Part shown: piece by piece, positions 12,001 through 22,538 of the stretch
How the letters are laid out: each line of letters starts with the position of its first letter
How positions within the stretch are numbered: the stretch's first letter is position 1
Origin: Bugula neritina
Taxonomy: Eukaryota; Animalia; Bryozoa
Reading direction: 5' to 3'
Assembly (NCBI GenBank): GCA_964035545.1
Contig: OZ037767.1
Location: forward strand, 19,670,628 to 19,734,627
DNA: 64,000 nucleotides
Translations under genes and position numbers: made by a program
Notes under the pieces: model-generated
What the model was told of the DNA's origin: nothing
Databases searched by the model: none
The model's input: only the letters and a program-made list of their open reading frames with translations

Positions 12001-15000
12001 GAAGTCTCGACTAAGGTTACTTTAGTCAATTTCACTCTGTCTCCTAGTGGCTTAGAAGATCAACTTCTGGGTGGGTATCTTGTTATGTTCACTTGGAGCA
12101 AATAGTTGTTGTATCACATATATGGCATGTCTTTAGCGTAAGCTTAAATTGTTTCACAAAGTTGAATAAATCTGTTTTATTATCGAAGTTTTAATCACTT
12201 TATCTTTTGGATTACTGACTTCTTTTAAGTTGTCATTTTAGTATTTAGCATTAAATCAAAGACTATGCATTTTGTTGAACTAATTTTAGACAAAAAAATT
12301 AGTAAACTACACATCAAACATTTGGTTCAGGCATTTGCCAAATTATTGTAGGTCTACTCTGTTCAGTTTTATTTGTCTTTTAAGAGTAAAACTGCTTAAA
12401 AGGTGCTGCAGGGGTTTTTCTTTCAGCCAACTCAACTTTAATTTCTTGAAACATTGTTCACATTAATGGATATAACTAGTATATATTCAGATAACTAATC
12501 ATAACTTCAACTATTATATTAGTAGGGTTGTAGTTTCATTAAACTGACTCTGTGCAGGTATTGTGGTGGCTGAGGAAAGACCAGATCTGGAAGAAGCAAA
12601 GAATCAGCTGATTGTAAGCAATGCTAAAATGAAGCAAGAGTTGAAAGAGATTGAGGACAAGATTCTAGAGAGGCTGAGCAGCTCCGAGGGAAACCCAGTT
12701 GATGACATTGACCTTATCAATGTGCTAGAGGCATCTAAGGTCAAATCTCAGGAAATCAAGGTATGATCGTTAGATCTAAACTTCAGGCTGTTAATGATTC
12801 ATTCCTGTAGTAAATTACATTTTTAAAGCAGTCATCTCAAAATTTAGTACAATTTTAACTTTTTTAAATTTTCTCATTGTATAAAACCCCAAAAAGTTAA
12901 TTAATAATTAAACATTTTGAACCCAATACTCATTTTAAAATTTTTTCTGCCAGTTATTAGTGAACATGATTATAAATACTGTCTGTCTCGGTTCAGCAGA
13001 TTAAACCTGACACTTTTTTTCAGGCCAAGGTGGTTGTAGCCGAGCAGACTGAGAAGGATATTGATGAAGTGAGAAGTAAATATATTCCGGTAGCTGTCAA
13101 CACGCAGATCCTGTTCTTCTGTGTTGCTGACATGGCTAACATCGACCCCATGTACCAATACTCCTTGGAGTGGTTTATCAGAATCTTCCTCGGTGGTATA
13201 GCTAACGCAGAACGGGCAGGTTAGTGCTGCAGGGCCTAAAGCTATTGCCAGTTACATATTTATATTGTATCAGCTTTCAATCGTTGCTAAGTTTTAGAGA
13301 TAATATCAATACAGTAAAAGAGGAAATGAATAGCGGGTGATAACTGGAAAAGCTCTTTTGAAGTAAAGTTTCAAAATGCAAGCTCTTATCAGTGTTACTG
13401 TCTTGTTTCACGTCAAGAATGCTTAGTAGTTCTAGTAGTTTGCCAACTGGCTTTTTTATTTGTTTTTGTTAAAATTATAGTAAAAGTTTTAATGTATTTA
13501 AAATATGAAGACAGTGCACTGCTAAATTCATGTACCTGATTTTTGCCAATTGTTTTTCTGTCTCTTTTGTTATATTGCGGAAGAGATAATTGAAGTGATC
13601 GTAGGCTTATTATTGTTCATGTACACAGCCTGTATTGGATTTGCTGTAGATAACCTTTCAAAGAGAATAGAGAATATCAACAACTATTTTACGTTCAGTC
13701 TGTACAGTAATGTGTGCAGATCTTTGTTTGAGAAGGACAAGTTGATGTTCGCCTTTCTCCTGTGCACAAGAATTCAGGCTAATCAGGGTCTCATCAAACC
13801 AGTGAGTCTATAAACTTGTTTTCCTTTTATTTTTGAATAAAATTTTGTCGGCGTTTGTGAAACACTAGTCAGCTATAGGTTGAACCAAGGTTGCTTATGT
13901 AGAAGTTTTAGTTTTAAAAAAACTTTGCTCATTTGTGTGCAGTCAAAGAATTTATATGCTATGAAATAACCTGTATAATACTCGTATATTCATACATTCA
14001 TACATCATGGTGTGATTATAACAGGATGAGTGGAGATTCCTTATAGCTGGTGGTCCTGCCAAAGCAGTGGAGTTTGTCAACCCGTCTCCTGACTGGATAT
14101 CATCTAGAATATGGTTTGATATTCTCAGTCTGACAGGGTTGGAGACATTCTTACCTGTTGTGGAAACATTTGCCGAGAATGTGGAGGGTTACAAGGTATT
14201 TGTTTTCTGTCATCATTCTATGACTCTGATCAATTTCCTTCTAATAAATATTATGCGAGATATAAAAGTAAAACTCACTAACAAATTAATCTTGAAGTTG
14301 TTTTCTCCTGTAGAGAATCTTTGACAGCGCTGACCCTCATTTAGAGGAGCTGCCCGGAAAGTGGAACTCTGAAATGGATGACTTCCAGAAAATTATTATT
14401 CTCAAATGTCTGCGACCAGACAAAATAACCAATGCTATGCAGGAGTACGTTGCCAAGTACCTTGGTCAGCGATTTATTGAGCCCCAGGTGAGCTTTATTC
14501 TCTGTTAGGTGAGCTTTATTCTCTGTTGGATGAGCTTTGTTCTATATGTTAAGTGAGTTCTGATTTTATTCTGTTAGGCAAATTAACACCAAAACGCAGC
14601 TGACTTTTTCTTATTTTCAACTGTTTCCTATAATAATTTTTTTGTCATTTCATTGACAATCATGTATAACTTTCTAAATGTGATGATTTAAAAAGGCTTT
14701 GAAATAGAAAAAGATGAACCAAGTTACTATCATTTCAGTTGCAAATGAAGTTTTCTTTGAAAACTTTTTGTTAGGGTCTTGTCTGTGTGGTTGGCCTTAA
14801 TCACTAAAACTGTGAAGCTTCTTCAGATTTTCTCTTGAGATCTGAGCCTCTCTTAATAATTGAGGTACACATTTATTATTAAGCTGAATATCATACTCTT
14901 CCCATTACAGACCGCTGACTTGAGTGCTGTCTACAAAGACTCCTCCCCCACCACTCCTCTCATCTTCGTTCTCTCACCCGGAACTGACCCTGCTGCTGAT

Positions 15001-18000
15001 CTCCTCAAGTTTGCAGAAGACATGAAGTTTAGCAAGAAGCTGTCATCCATCTCTCTGGGTCAAGGTTAGAACTAAGCTTGTCACTGCAGTGACTACACTG
15101 TGAGTTTTAAGACTCAGTGTAGTCACTGTGAGTTAAGGACACTGCGGGTTTAAATCGCAGTGTAGTTACTATGATTCCAAGACACAGCACAGCTACTAAA
15201 TGTGTTTATTATATTAAAATTGTCACCAACTCTGAATTCTGTTATAATAGATATCTATAGTATATCAAACTAGCTTTCTGCTAGTTGTCAATAGAAAGTA
15301 TATATTTATATTTATGCATATAACAGTTCTGTCAGGTCTTCCAGTAGGAAAAGTACTTTGATTTGATTTTATGGAATTAGCACTTTTAGGTAAGTAACAG
15401 CAGAGTTGTATATTATGTTGGCTTCATGACTTGAATGTTACACTAACTATTTGTAGGTCAAGGACCCAGAGCCGAGACAATGATGAGATCAGCCATGGAG
15501 AGAGGAAAGTGGGTGTTCTTCCAGAACTGCCATCTTGCGCCTAGTTTCATGCCGAGTCTGGAAAGAATGATAGAACAGATTGATCCCGACAAGGTGGGAA
15601 TTTCTCTATGTGGGTCATTCTACTTAATTTAGTACACACTGGATATCTTCAGTTTTTAGCTATTTTTCACCATTTAACTGCTAATGAACATAGGTTTTTG
15701 ATCAAAACTAGTAAAACACCAATAAATACACCCAAATAATCAAAGTTCCTTTTAATTTTGCTTCATTTCCCATGTTTTTTCCTAATTATTTAGCTAATTT
15801 TGGTCGTGGATCGTTACGTTTTTTTCGTAACGGTCCGCACTCCTAATAAGCTAAATAAATACGAAAAAACATGGGAAATGAAGCAAAATTAAAAAGAACC
15901 TTAATTATTTTGGTGTATTTATTGGTGTTTTATTAGTTTTGGACAAAAAGCAAAGTTCAATACCATTTAAATTGTGAAAAATAGCTAAAAACTGGAGATT
16001 TCAGTGTGTACTAAATTAAGTAAAATGACCCATGTATGTATCTACACTACTTGTCTAATACTATGTGACACAATTCCTTAGTCTAACATCACATGGCACA
16101 GTGCTGAAGAATCACCAAACATTCCGCTGTGTCCCTTTCAGGTTCACCGAGATTTCCGACTCTGGGTGACTAGCATGCCTTCGCCAAAGTTTCCAGTTTT
16201 TATTCTGCAAAACGGCTCTAAGATGACCGTGGAGCCTCCTAAAGGGATAAAAGCGAACCTCTTGAAATCTTACTCCAGCTTTAATGACGACTTTCTCAAC
16301 TCTTGTGGTGAAAAGGTAGAAATTATGAATATCTATTTATAAAGTTTTTTATTTTATTATTATATTATATTATTTCATATGAGAAAGCTGTAACTACCAA
16401 TACTTGGAATTTCTATATTGACTTAAATACTATTATATTCTTACTCCTACCTAAACGAAAACTTACACTATTTGAACTGTAAATTAGTTCTAACGTTACT
16501 TTATTAACTTTGAATTGTTGCTACATTGTCTAAAGGCTATAGGATTTGTTTAGTATTAAATACTCAGCTTAATATTTTATGTGCAGTCCATCTTCCTCGT
16601 AATTTTATTGATTTCATAATTTCAAATGTATAACGAATCTATTTATTTGGTTTTTATTAGCCACTGGTGAGTATTTTAGTTGCATTTTGGTGCTCCTGTT
16701 TTCTGTTCTACAATTCATGGTTATGTCTAGAGCTCTGCTACTTTAGCCTCAGTCCCATACCAACTGTAACTGAGTGTTTTATAAGGAATACGTGATAGTT
16801 TCATATAAGAGCCAGTTTATCACTTCCTCTTACAACTTGCTTTCATATTCACTGTATGGTGCAGTCTTTTCTTTTCCTCGTTGCTAAAGTATATTTATCA
16901 TTAGATTTGTGGGCATTATATTTACTAACATGTCTTTGTTTTCTTCATTTATCTCAAATTCCCTTTTTGAGTGCAAACCACTTATTTATATAAGAAAGCA
17001 GCAATATCCTGTTTAATTAGTGAAACAAACTCAACAAATTTGTATGCACATTTCCTCACTTGTGCTACTTCATTTTTCCCGCCTTTTCAAAGTTTGTGCC
17101 ACTTTCTGCTACTTCAACAGATTTCTGTGTGATTACAAAGTGCAAGTTTTTCTATATCAGTTGTTTGATGAACACAACTGACAATTTGTGGTGGAGTTGT
17201 TCTTATAAGTTTAAAGTTTGTTATGCAACTCTGTGTAATATCTATTTTTGAGAGTATCCAAGTTTTAGTTTTCTTCTCACAGTAAAACAACGTATTTTAG
17301 CTTTAGAACTATGGAGGAGGATTATGTAAAAAAAAACTTCCGCATAGATTTTAAGTTAATTCCAAATCATGAAAATCTTACATTCAAACAAATGCATATA
17401 TCATATATGTGTATATATACTGTATATATTTCTGGTATTCAGCACTTTCTATAATTAATTCTTTTATATATTAAAATGATAACTTCCTGAAAGCAAGTGT
17501 TTTGCGTATATTTCCGTTAATAATATGTACTTGTTGAAATTGGCCTATTGTACTAGCTATTATAATGGCTGCTATTATTTTCCTATTTCCCAGATAGAGT
17601 TACAACATTGAGGTGTTGGCTTGAACTGTCTGGAATATTCCCATGTTATCTTGTAGAATCAGACATTTAAGCAAATGCTCTTGTCATTGTGTCTTTTCCA
17701 CGGAGTTGTGTTGGAGAGACGAAAATTTGGAGCCCTGGGTTTCAATATTCCCTACGAGATGACGGATGGTGATCTGCGTATCTGCATTTCTCAACTGCAG
17801 ATGTTCCTTACAGAGTATGATGACATTCCATACAAGGTGAGTCATTGTGTATAAAGTGAAATATTTTGTATAAGATGACACACTCCTTATAAGGTGACAC
17901 ACTCCTTATAAGGTGATACACTCCTTATAAGGTGATACACTCCTTATAAGGTGATACACTCCTTATACGGTGACACACTGCTTATAATTTGTGGGTCATT

Positions 18001-21000
18001 CTGTATAAGATGAGATATTCCAGGAATTATAAGAGAAAAGTATATGTATTTTGGGAGTTACTACTGAAACAGCAACAATGGTGACCAAAATTCTTATTTT
18101 TCCTATTTTAATCAGTTTTTATTTACCTAAAATATTAATGAACCTTTGAAGGTATACAATGCATTGATATCTCCAGTCTCCACTATATATGCAGGTGTTA
18201 ATGTATACAAAGCATTGATATCTTCATTATATATACAAGTGTTAAGGTTTACAATACATTGATATGTTCACTACCTATATATTAAGGTATACGACACATT
18301 AATATTTTCACTATACACACAGGTGTTGAGATACACAGCCGGACATATCAATTATGGAGGTCGAGTGACAGACGACATTGATAGGAGGTGTATGATGAGT
18401 GTTCTGGGAGAATTCTACTGTTCAGATATCCTCAATGAGGAACACAAGTATTCACAATCTGGCATATACAAGCAGATCAGCCCAGCCCTGGATCACCATG
18501 TAAGTGTAGTATGTGCTGGCAGTGTAGGTACAATATATACAATGTAAGTACAATATAAACAATATAAGGACTCGGCTGAAGTAAATCAAATGAATTAGTT
18601 TTATAAACTATGGCACATGTGTGTAATATTGTGTTGTACTATGTTGATATGTAATGTATTATTAGCCAGTGTTACATTGCCATTATACTTGTAGGATTTG
18701 TCAGGTTAGCTCAAAAACATTATATAAGCTCAAGGATTGTCTGTTCTTTGAATCAAATGAAATAAACCTCATTTTCAGATATTCCAAGATATCTATTTGT
18801 TAGGTAGTAGTAGCCAGTTAGCTTCGCTGCTGTTTCTAACCAGCGTGAAACGTATAGCTTGTGTACTTTTAGGGGTACATGGAGTATGTCAAAAGTTTAC
18901 CTATCAACGACACACCAGAAATATTTGGTCTCCATGACAACGCAAACATCACCTTTGCTCAGAATGAGACGTACGCATTACTGGGCAGTTTAGTGAAACT
19001 ACAGCCGAAAGCGTCGTCAGGAGGGGGCAAATCTAGAGAAGAGGTATTATCATGAATACAAACACTTGCAATGTAGTTGTTTCTTTTCATTTATTTTGAA
19101 AAAATTAGCCAAATTTCATTGTCAAAATCAAATGTCCTAAAAATATATTGCAAGCTTTAAGTATTTAAACATATATGCAGCAGAAAAAGTATTGTAAGGG
19201 CGAGCATATTAATTTTTTTTCGTATTATATGCTTTTACTTTACTTTCTACTAGATTTACATTTATAATTGTGTATAGTAAATGAACACCTATTTTCAGAA
19301 TGCTTGTCGCAGCCATGTAGTGCGTTTATTGTAACTCTTATATAGATAATGGAAGAAGCAGCAAAAGACATTCTGTCTAAAGTACCAAAACCCGTTCCTA
19401 TTGGTCCAGTCATGGAGAAATATCCCGTTATGTATGAGCAGTCGATGAACACTGTCCTTGTACAGGAAGTCATCAGGTGAATGACCTTGAATCTTCGAAT
19501 TTATCTGATATAAGCGAAGACAACCTAGCAAATACGATACAGTACTCTTTCTGTGTCTCACGGTTCCATATTTCACAAAATCTCCTAAGTCCCTAGAATG
19601 ACTTGTACCACTGTTTTGTGGCTCATGTATGTGTGTATGTATAGGAACAAAATGGTTGAATTTAACGAATTCATGAGTTAAATCTGTTATTCTACTATGT
19701 CACGAATTGGAGTTTCGAGACTTACTGAGATATAGAGAGAACACCATGTAATATTATATTATAATATGTTATGTTATATTGGTTTAGCATTATATTATGT
19801 TATATTGTTATATTATTATATTGTGTTTTATTCAGCATAGTGTATTAAGCATAGTATTTAATGTATTGCAGATACAACAAACTTCTAAAGTCTCTGCACA
19901 GCTCTCTAAATGACCTCCTGAAAGCTCTCAAAGGTCTGGTCGTCATGTCTCAGGCCTTAGAGGACATGGCCAACAGCCTCTTTAATAACATGGTGCCCGG
20001 CATGTGGTCAGGAAAGGTATGACGACTTCTGTATAATATGTAGGCCTATTTTGTAATAATGGAAGAAGTGTGGCTGTTTGGAGAGCAAAACGTGCCAAGG
20101 AAACTTTTACTTGATGAACAGATTTTTTTTACCACAGCAATACTTATGGAGGGTCAGCTTTCACTTACCTTTGTATTTTTATAATCATCGTTTAATGCAT
20201 CAATTTTCTTTAACCAAAAATGAAACATAGTACTGCTCTGATTTACAGACCATTTGCTAGAACTGATGGTTTAGTCTTGACAAATCAGAATATTGTTTTT
20301 ATCAACAATATTTATCTTTTAATGTAAATTTTATAGGCGTATCCTTCCTTAAAGCCTTTGGCCTCCTGGGTGTTGGATTTAGTAGAGAGAATGGACTTCA
20401 TTCAGAACTGGATAGACCAAGGGATACCACCTATTTTTTGGATCTCAGGCTTCTTCTTCCCTCAAGCCTTCCTCACCGGAACCCTTCAAAACTATGCTAG
20501 AAAGAAGGTTATTTCCATCGACACCATTTCCTTTGGTTTCCAGGTTTGTTTAATGAGTCAAATTTTCATGCAGCTGTTTTACAAAGATTCATTGTAGATA
20601 CAACCATAGTCTACTATGTGTTTGTTTGGTGTTTTTATGCAGTATATTATGTTGGTTGAATGCATTTTGATAACATGCAATTAGTATGCTTTTGTTTTTA
20701 TATTATAATAATTTGTAACTAATGGAGCAGAAATTACAATTATACTAACCAAATAAAGAGCACAGTGCGTAATCTACCTACAAATGAAGAAACAGACAAT
20801 GTAGCCCCGAGAGTTATCTATTCGCTATTTAAAATACTAAAGTCTAAACTGTTGCAGGTGATGAGAGAAACAGCAGCAGAACTCTCCTCAGGTCCCGAAG
20901 ACGGTTGTTACATTCGAGGTCTGTTTGTTGAGGGAGCTCGGTGGGACGTTACGGCTCACATGCTCACAGAATCTCGGGCTAAAGAGCTTTATACAGAGAT

Positions 21001-21475
21001 GGCCTGCATCTGGCTAGTCCCTGAGGCTAATAGAAAGGCACCAGATACGGGGATATATAGATGTCCGGTTTATAAGACATTAACAAGAGCAGGTTTGTTG
21101 TCAATATGACAGTTTACACTATGTGCTTGCTCAGCAAGAAGCTCTATTACCTTGCTTGATAACTTAAATCATACTTGCAGTGTTTATTTTTAGTTCATCT
21201 TATATAAATGTTCATACATGCAATACTTTTAATAAACGAGTCTAAAAATAGCTCTATAAGCCTTACTGTTTTCTGCCCCCAATTGCTGTCAGTCAAAGTA
21301 GAATCATAGGATTGTGCACAGTATAATGATTAAGTATATGTCTGTCTGTTCAGGTACTTTGTCTACCACCGGCCACTCCACCAACTTTGTGTTTTGGGTG
21401 GAAATACCCACGGACAAGGAGCAGCAACACTGGATTAAGAGAGGCGTGGCTATGTTGTGTGCCCTCAACTATTAG
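1..21475 (+). CDS. DNAH1: Axonemal dynein heavy chain, DNAH1-like; 3' part (AAA3 to C-terminus), 35 exons, 5' end outside window
   Basis: Frame-consistent GT-AG exons: 1-65, 302-620, 1035-1208, 1570-1748, 2102-2329, 2513-2669, 2876-3051, 3518-3726, 5714-5882, 6680-6871, 7260-7364, 7721-7861, 8430-8619, 9054-9225, 9908-10148, 10453-10584, 10820-11065, 11504-11669, 11903-12070, 12558-12760, 13024-13219, 13650-13801, 14025-14195, 14314-14487, 14911-15064, 15457-15593, 16142-16315, 17657-17836, 18323-18499, 18873-19043, 19346-19476, 19872-20016, 20337-20543, 20858-21092, 21354-21475 (TAG). Motifs: GPTGTGKS (AAA3 P-loop), [17 protein letters not shown] (AAA4), [29 protein letters not shown]-terminus [12 protein letters not shown]...[10 protein letters not shown]. 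Paralogue name recalled from similarity, not searched. Confidence 0.92.
1826..2022 (+). mobile_element. tRNA-derived SINE in a dynein intron
   Basis: A-box-like TGGTCTAGGGGTTAG and B-box-like GGTTCCATACC at tRNA spacing, followed by a non-tRNA body and an A-rich end; no clean cloverleaf. Confidence 0.6.
3057..3221 (+). repeat. 20-bp minisatellite (AACTCCTTACAGGAGAGCAT), 8 copies
   Basis: Tandem copies starting a few bases after the donor at 3052. Confidence 0.9.
4287..5737 (+). repeat. 40-bp minisatellite, 36 copies, spanning the 3' splice site of dynein exon 5714-5882
   Basis: Unit TCACCACTCATGTGTGTCTGTAG|CCCTATAGGGGAGGTAT; TAG recurs every 40 bp from 4311 to 5711; the last copy runs into coding [10 protein letters not shown]. 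Confidence 0.97.
5918..6095 (+). repeat. 33-bp minisatellite, about 5 copies
   Basis: Unit TCTGTTGAATATATTATATATGTTACTAGCACA shortly after the donor at 5883. Confidence 0.9.
9414..9910 (+). repeat. 23-bp minisatellite, 22 copies, spanning the 3' splice site of dynein exon 9908-10148
   Basis: Unit ATATATCATATACTTACAG|AGCT; ACAG recurs every 23 bp from 9421 to 9904; the last copy continues as AGCCATGCAC (R-A-M-H). Confidence 0.97.
11401..11468 (+). mobile_element. tRNA-like/SINE head fragment
   Basis: Perfect B-box GGTTCGAATCC in a T-arm hairpin (GGGTTCGAATCCC); the rest is degenerate. Confidence 0.4.
11697..11862 (+). repeat. 17-bp minisatellite (TCTGCATATACTTGACG), about 10 copies
   Basis: Fills most of intron 11670-11902. 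Confidence 0.92.
14488..14577 (+). repeat. 21-bp donor-site repeat, about 4 degenerate copies
   Basis: GTGAGCTTTATTCTCTGTTAG repeated directly from the donor at 14488. Confidence 0.85.
15609..16034. mobile_element. Foldback MITE (about 210-bp inverted arms, T7 loop, TA target duplication; Tc1/mariner-like)
   Basis: TA|TGTGGGTCATT...AATGACCCATG|TA; arms are imperfect reverse complements up to the centre CGTTACG-TTTTTTT-CGTAACG (loop 15819-15825). Confidence 0.88.
17837..18020 (+). repeat. 19-bp donor-junction repeat (ACACTCCTTATAAG|GTGAT), about 6 good copies plus degenerate flanks
   Basis: Unit resembles the exon end and donor ACATTCCATACAAG|GTGAG at 17823-17841. Confidence 0.85.
18148..18335 (+). 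repeat. Degenerate acceptor-junction repeat of about 44 bp, about 4 copies
   Basis: CACTATATATGCAG|GTGTTAA, ATTATATATACAA|GTGTTAAG and the real CACTATACACACAG|GTGTTGAG, each preceded by a CATTGATAT-like word. Confidence 0.75.
19538..19750. mobile_element. Short interspersed TIR element (MITE), copy 1
   Basis: Starts TACAGT, imperfect TIRs; shares CAAAATGG...ATTCTACTATGTCAYGAATTG...TGAGATATRGAGRGAACAC with 32344-32513. Confidence 0.6.
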
Positions 21476-21702
21476 ACCTATCACAAGCAATGTGAGGTGT
21501 GACTGTTGTGTGATTTCAGCCTTTATGTTTCGATTTTTGATAAGTTTGAGATGTTATCGAATATTATAGATTATACAACTAAACAATCTATTTTTAACTT
21601 TGATTTTCTTTCTTTAAACGTAATCCGTCCAACATAATTCACTGTACCAGATGAATTTATTTCATTAATTTATTTATTGTTTTTGAGTGTTTCTTGGCTT
21701 TT

Positions 21703-21708
21703 AATAAA
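21703..21708 (+). promoter_or_regulatory. Putative polyadenylation signal of the dynein gene
   Basis: AATAAA about 230 nt after the stop codon. Confidence 0.55.
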
Positions 21709-22538
21709 ACTGGTTTAAAATCAGAGAGATTTAACACTAATGTGTGCATCCTGTATATCTATGAGTGAGACAATACTTGAGAAGATTATATGTGTCATTT
21801 GTATTATTGCTAATAACATAGAAAAGTAACAGCACAAATATTTTTGAAAAATGTTTCTTTGATTTATGAAAATTAGAAAAAGTGACCATACGATTCCACT
21901 GCTAGGCAGTAAGATTAACATGATATTATGTACGAGGGGAAAATACAGGAAGAGAGGCGTTCAATGATAAAACATGAACAATCTGAAAAGTAAACCTGAT
22001 TGATAATAAATGACTAGCAAAATTGGCGCTGAAGAAAATATCTAAAGTGAAACATTTCCTCTACCAATGCTACTACTGAGGAAATTAACCATTAGCTTTA
22101 CAGCATTTTAGAAACTGTTTTTATCATCATTTAATAAGTTTTGAAACTGCTTATCCATGTGCACCTGTTGACAAGCTAACTGTTGAACAGATAAGCAGAA
22201 CTCATGCAAAATGAACTAGTAGCATGGAATTATATAGAAACTGAAATCAATACATAATTATGAAAACTGGTGCACAGGCTATCAATATCTTGGTATAACC
22301 TGAGTTACTGGAATACAATGAATAAATAGAGTATGAAAGAAAAGTCAGATCCCCAGGGGAGAGAAACACACTATCATTATAAATTAGCACACGGTATAAA
22401 TATATTGCATAGCGGAACAGGTGAATGATGAGGAAGCATATATAAGCTACCATCTCTATATGTTATATGTTTTTGTGCTTCTAATTATAAACCACTGGCA
22501 ACATTTGTGGGAGAGGAAATGGTTAGATAGCAGCTGCA

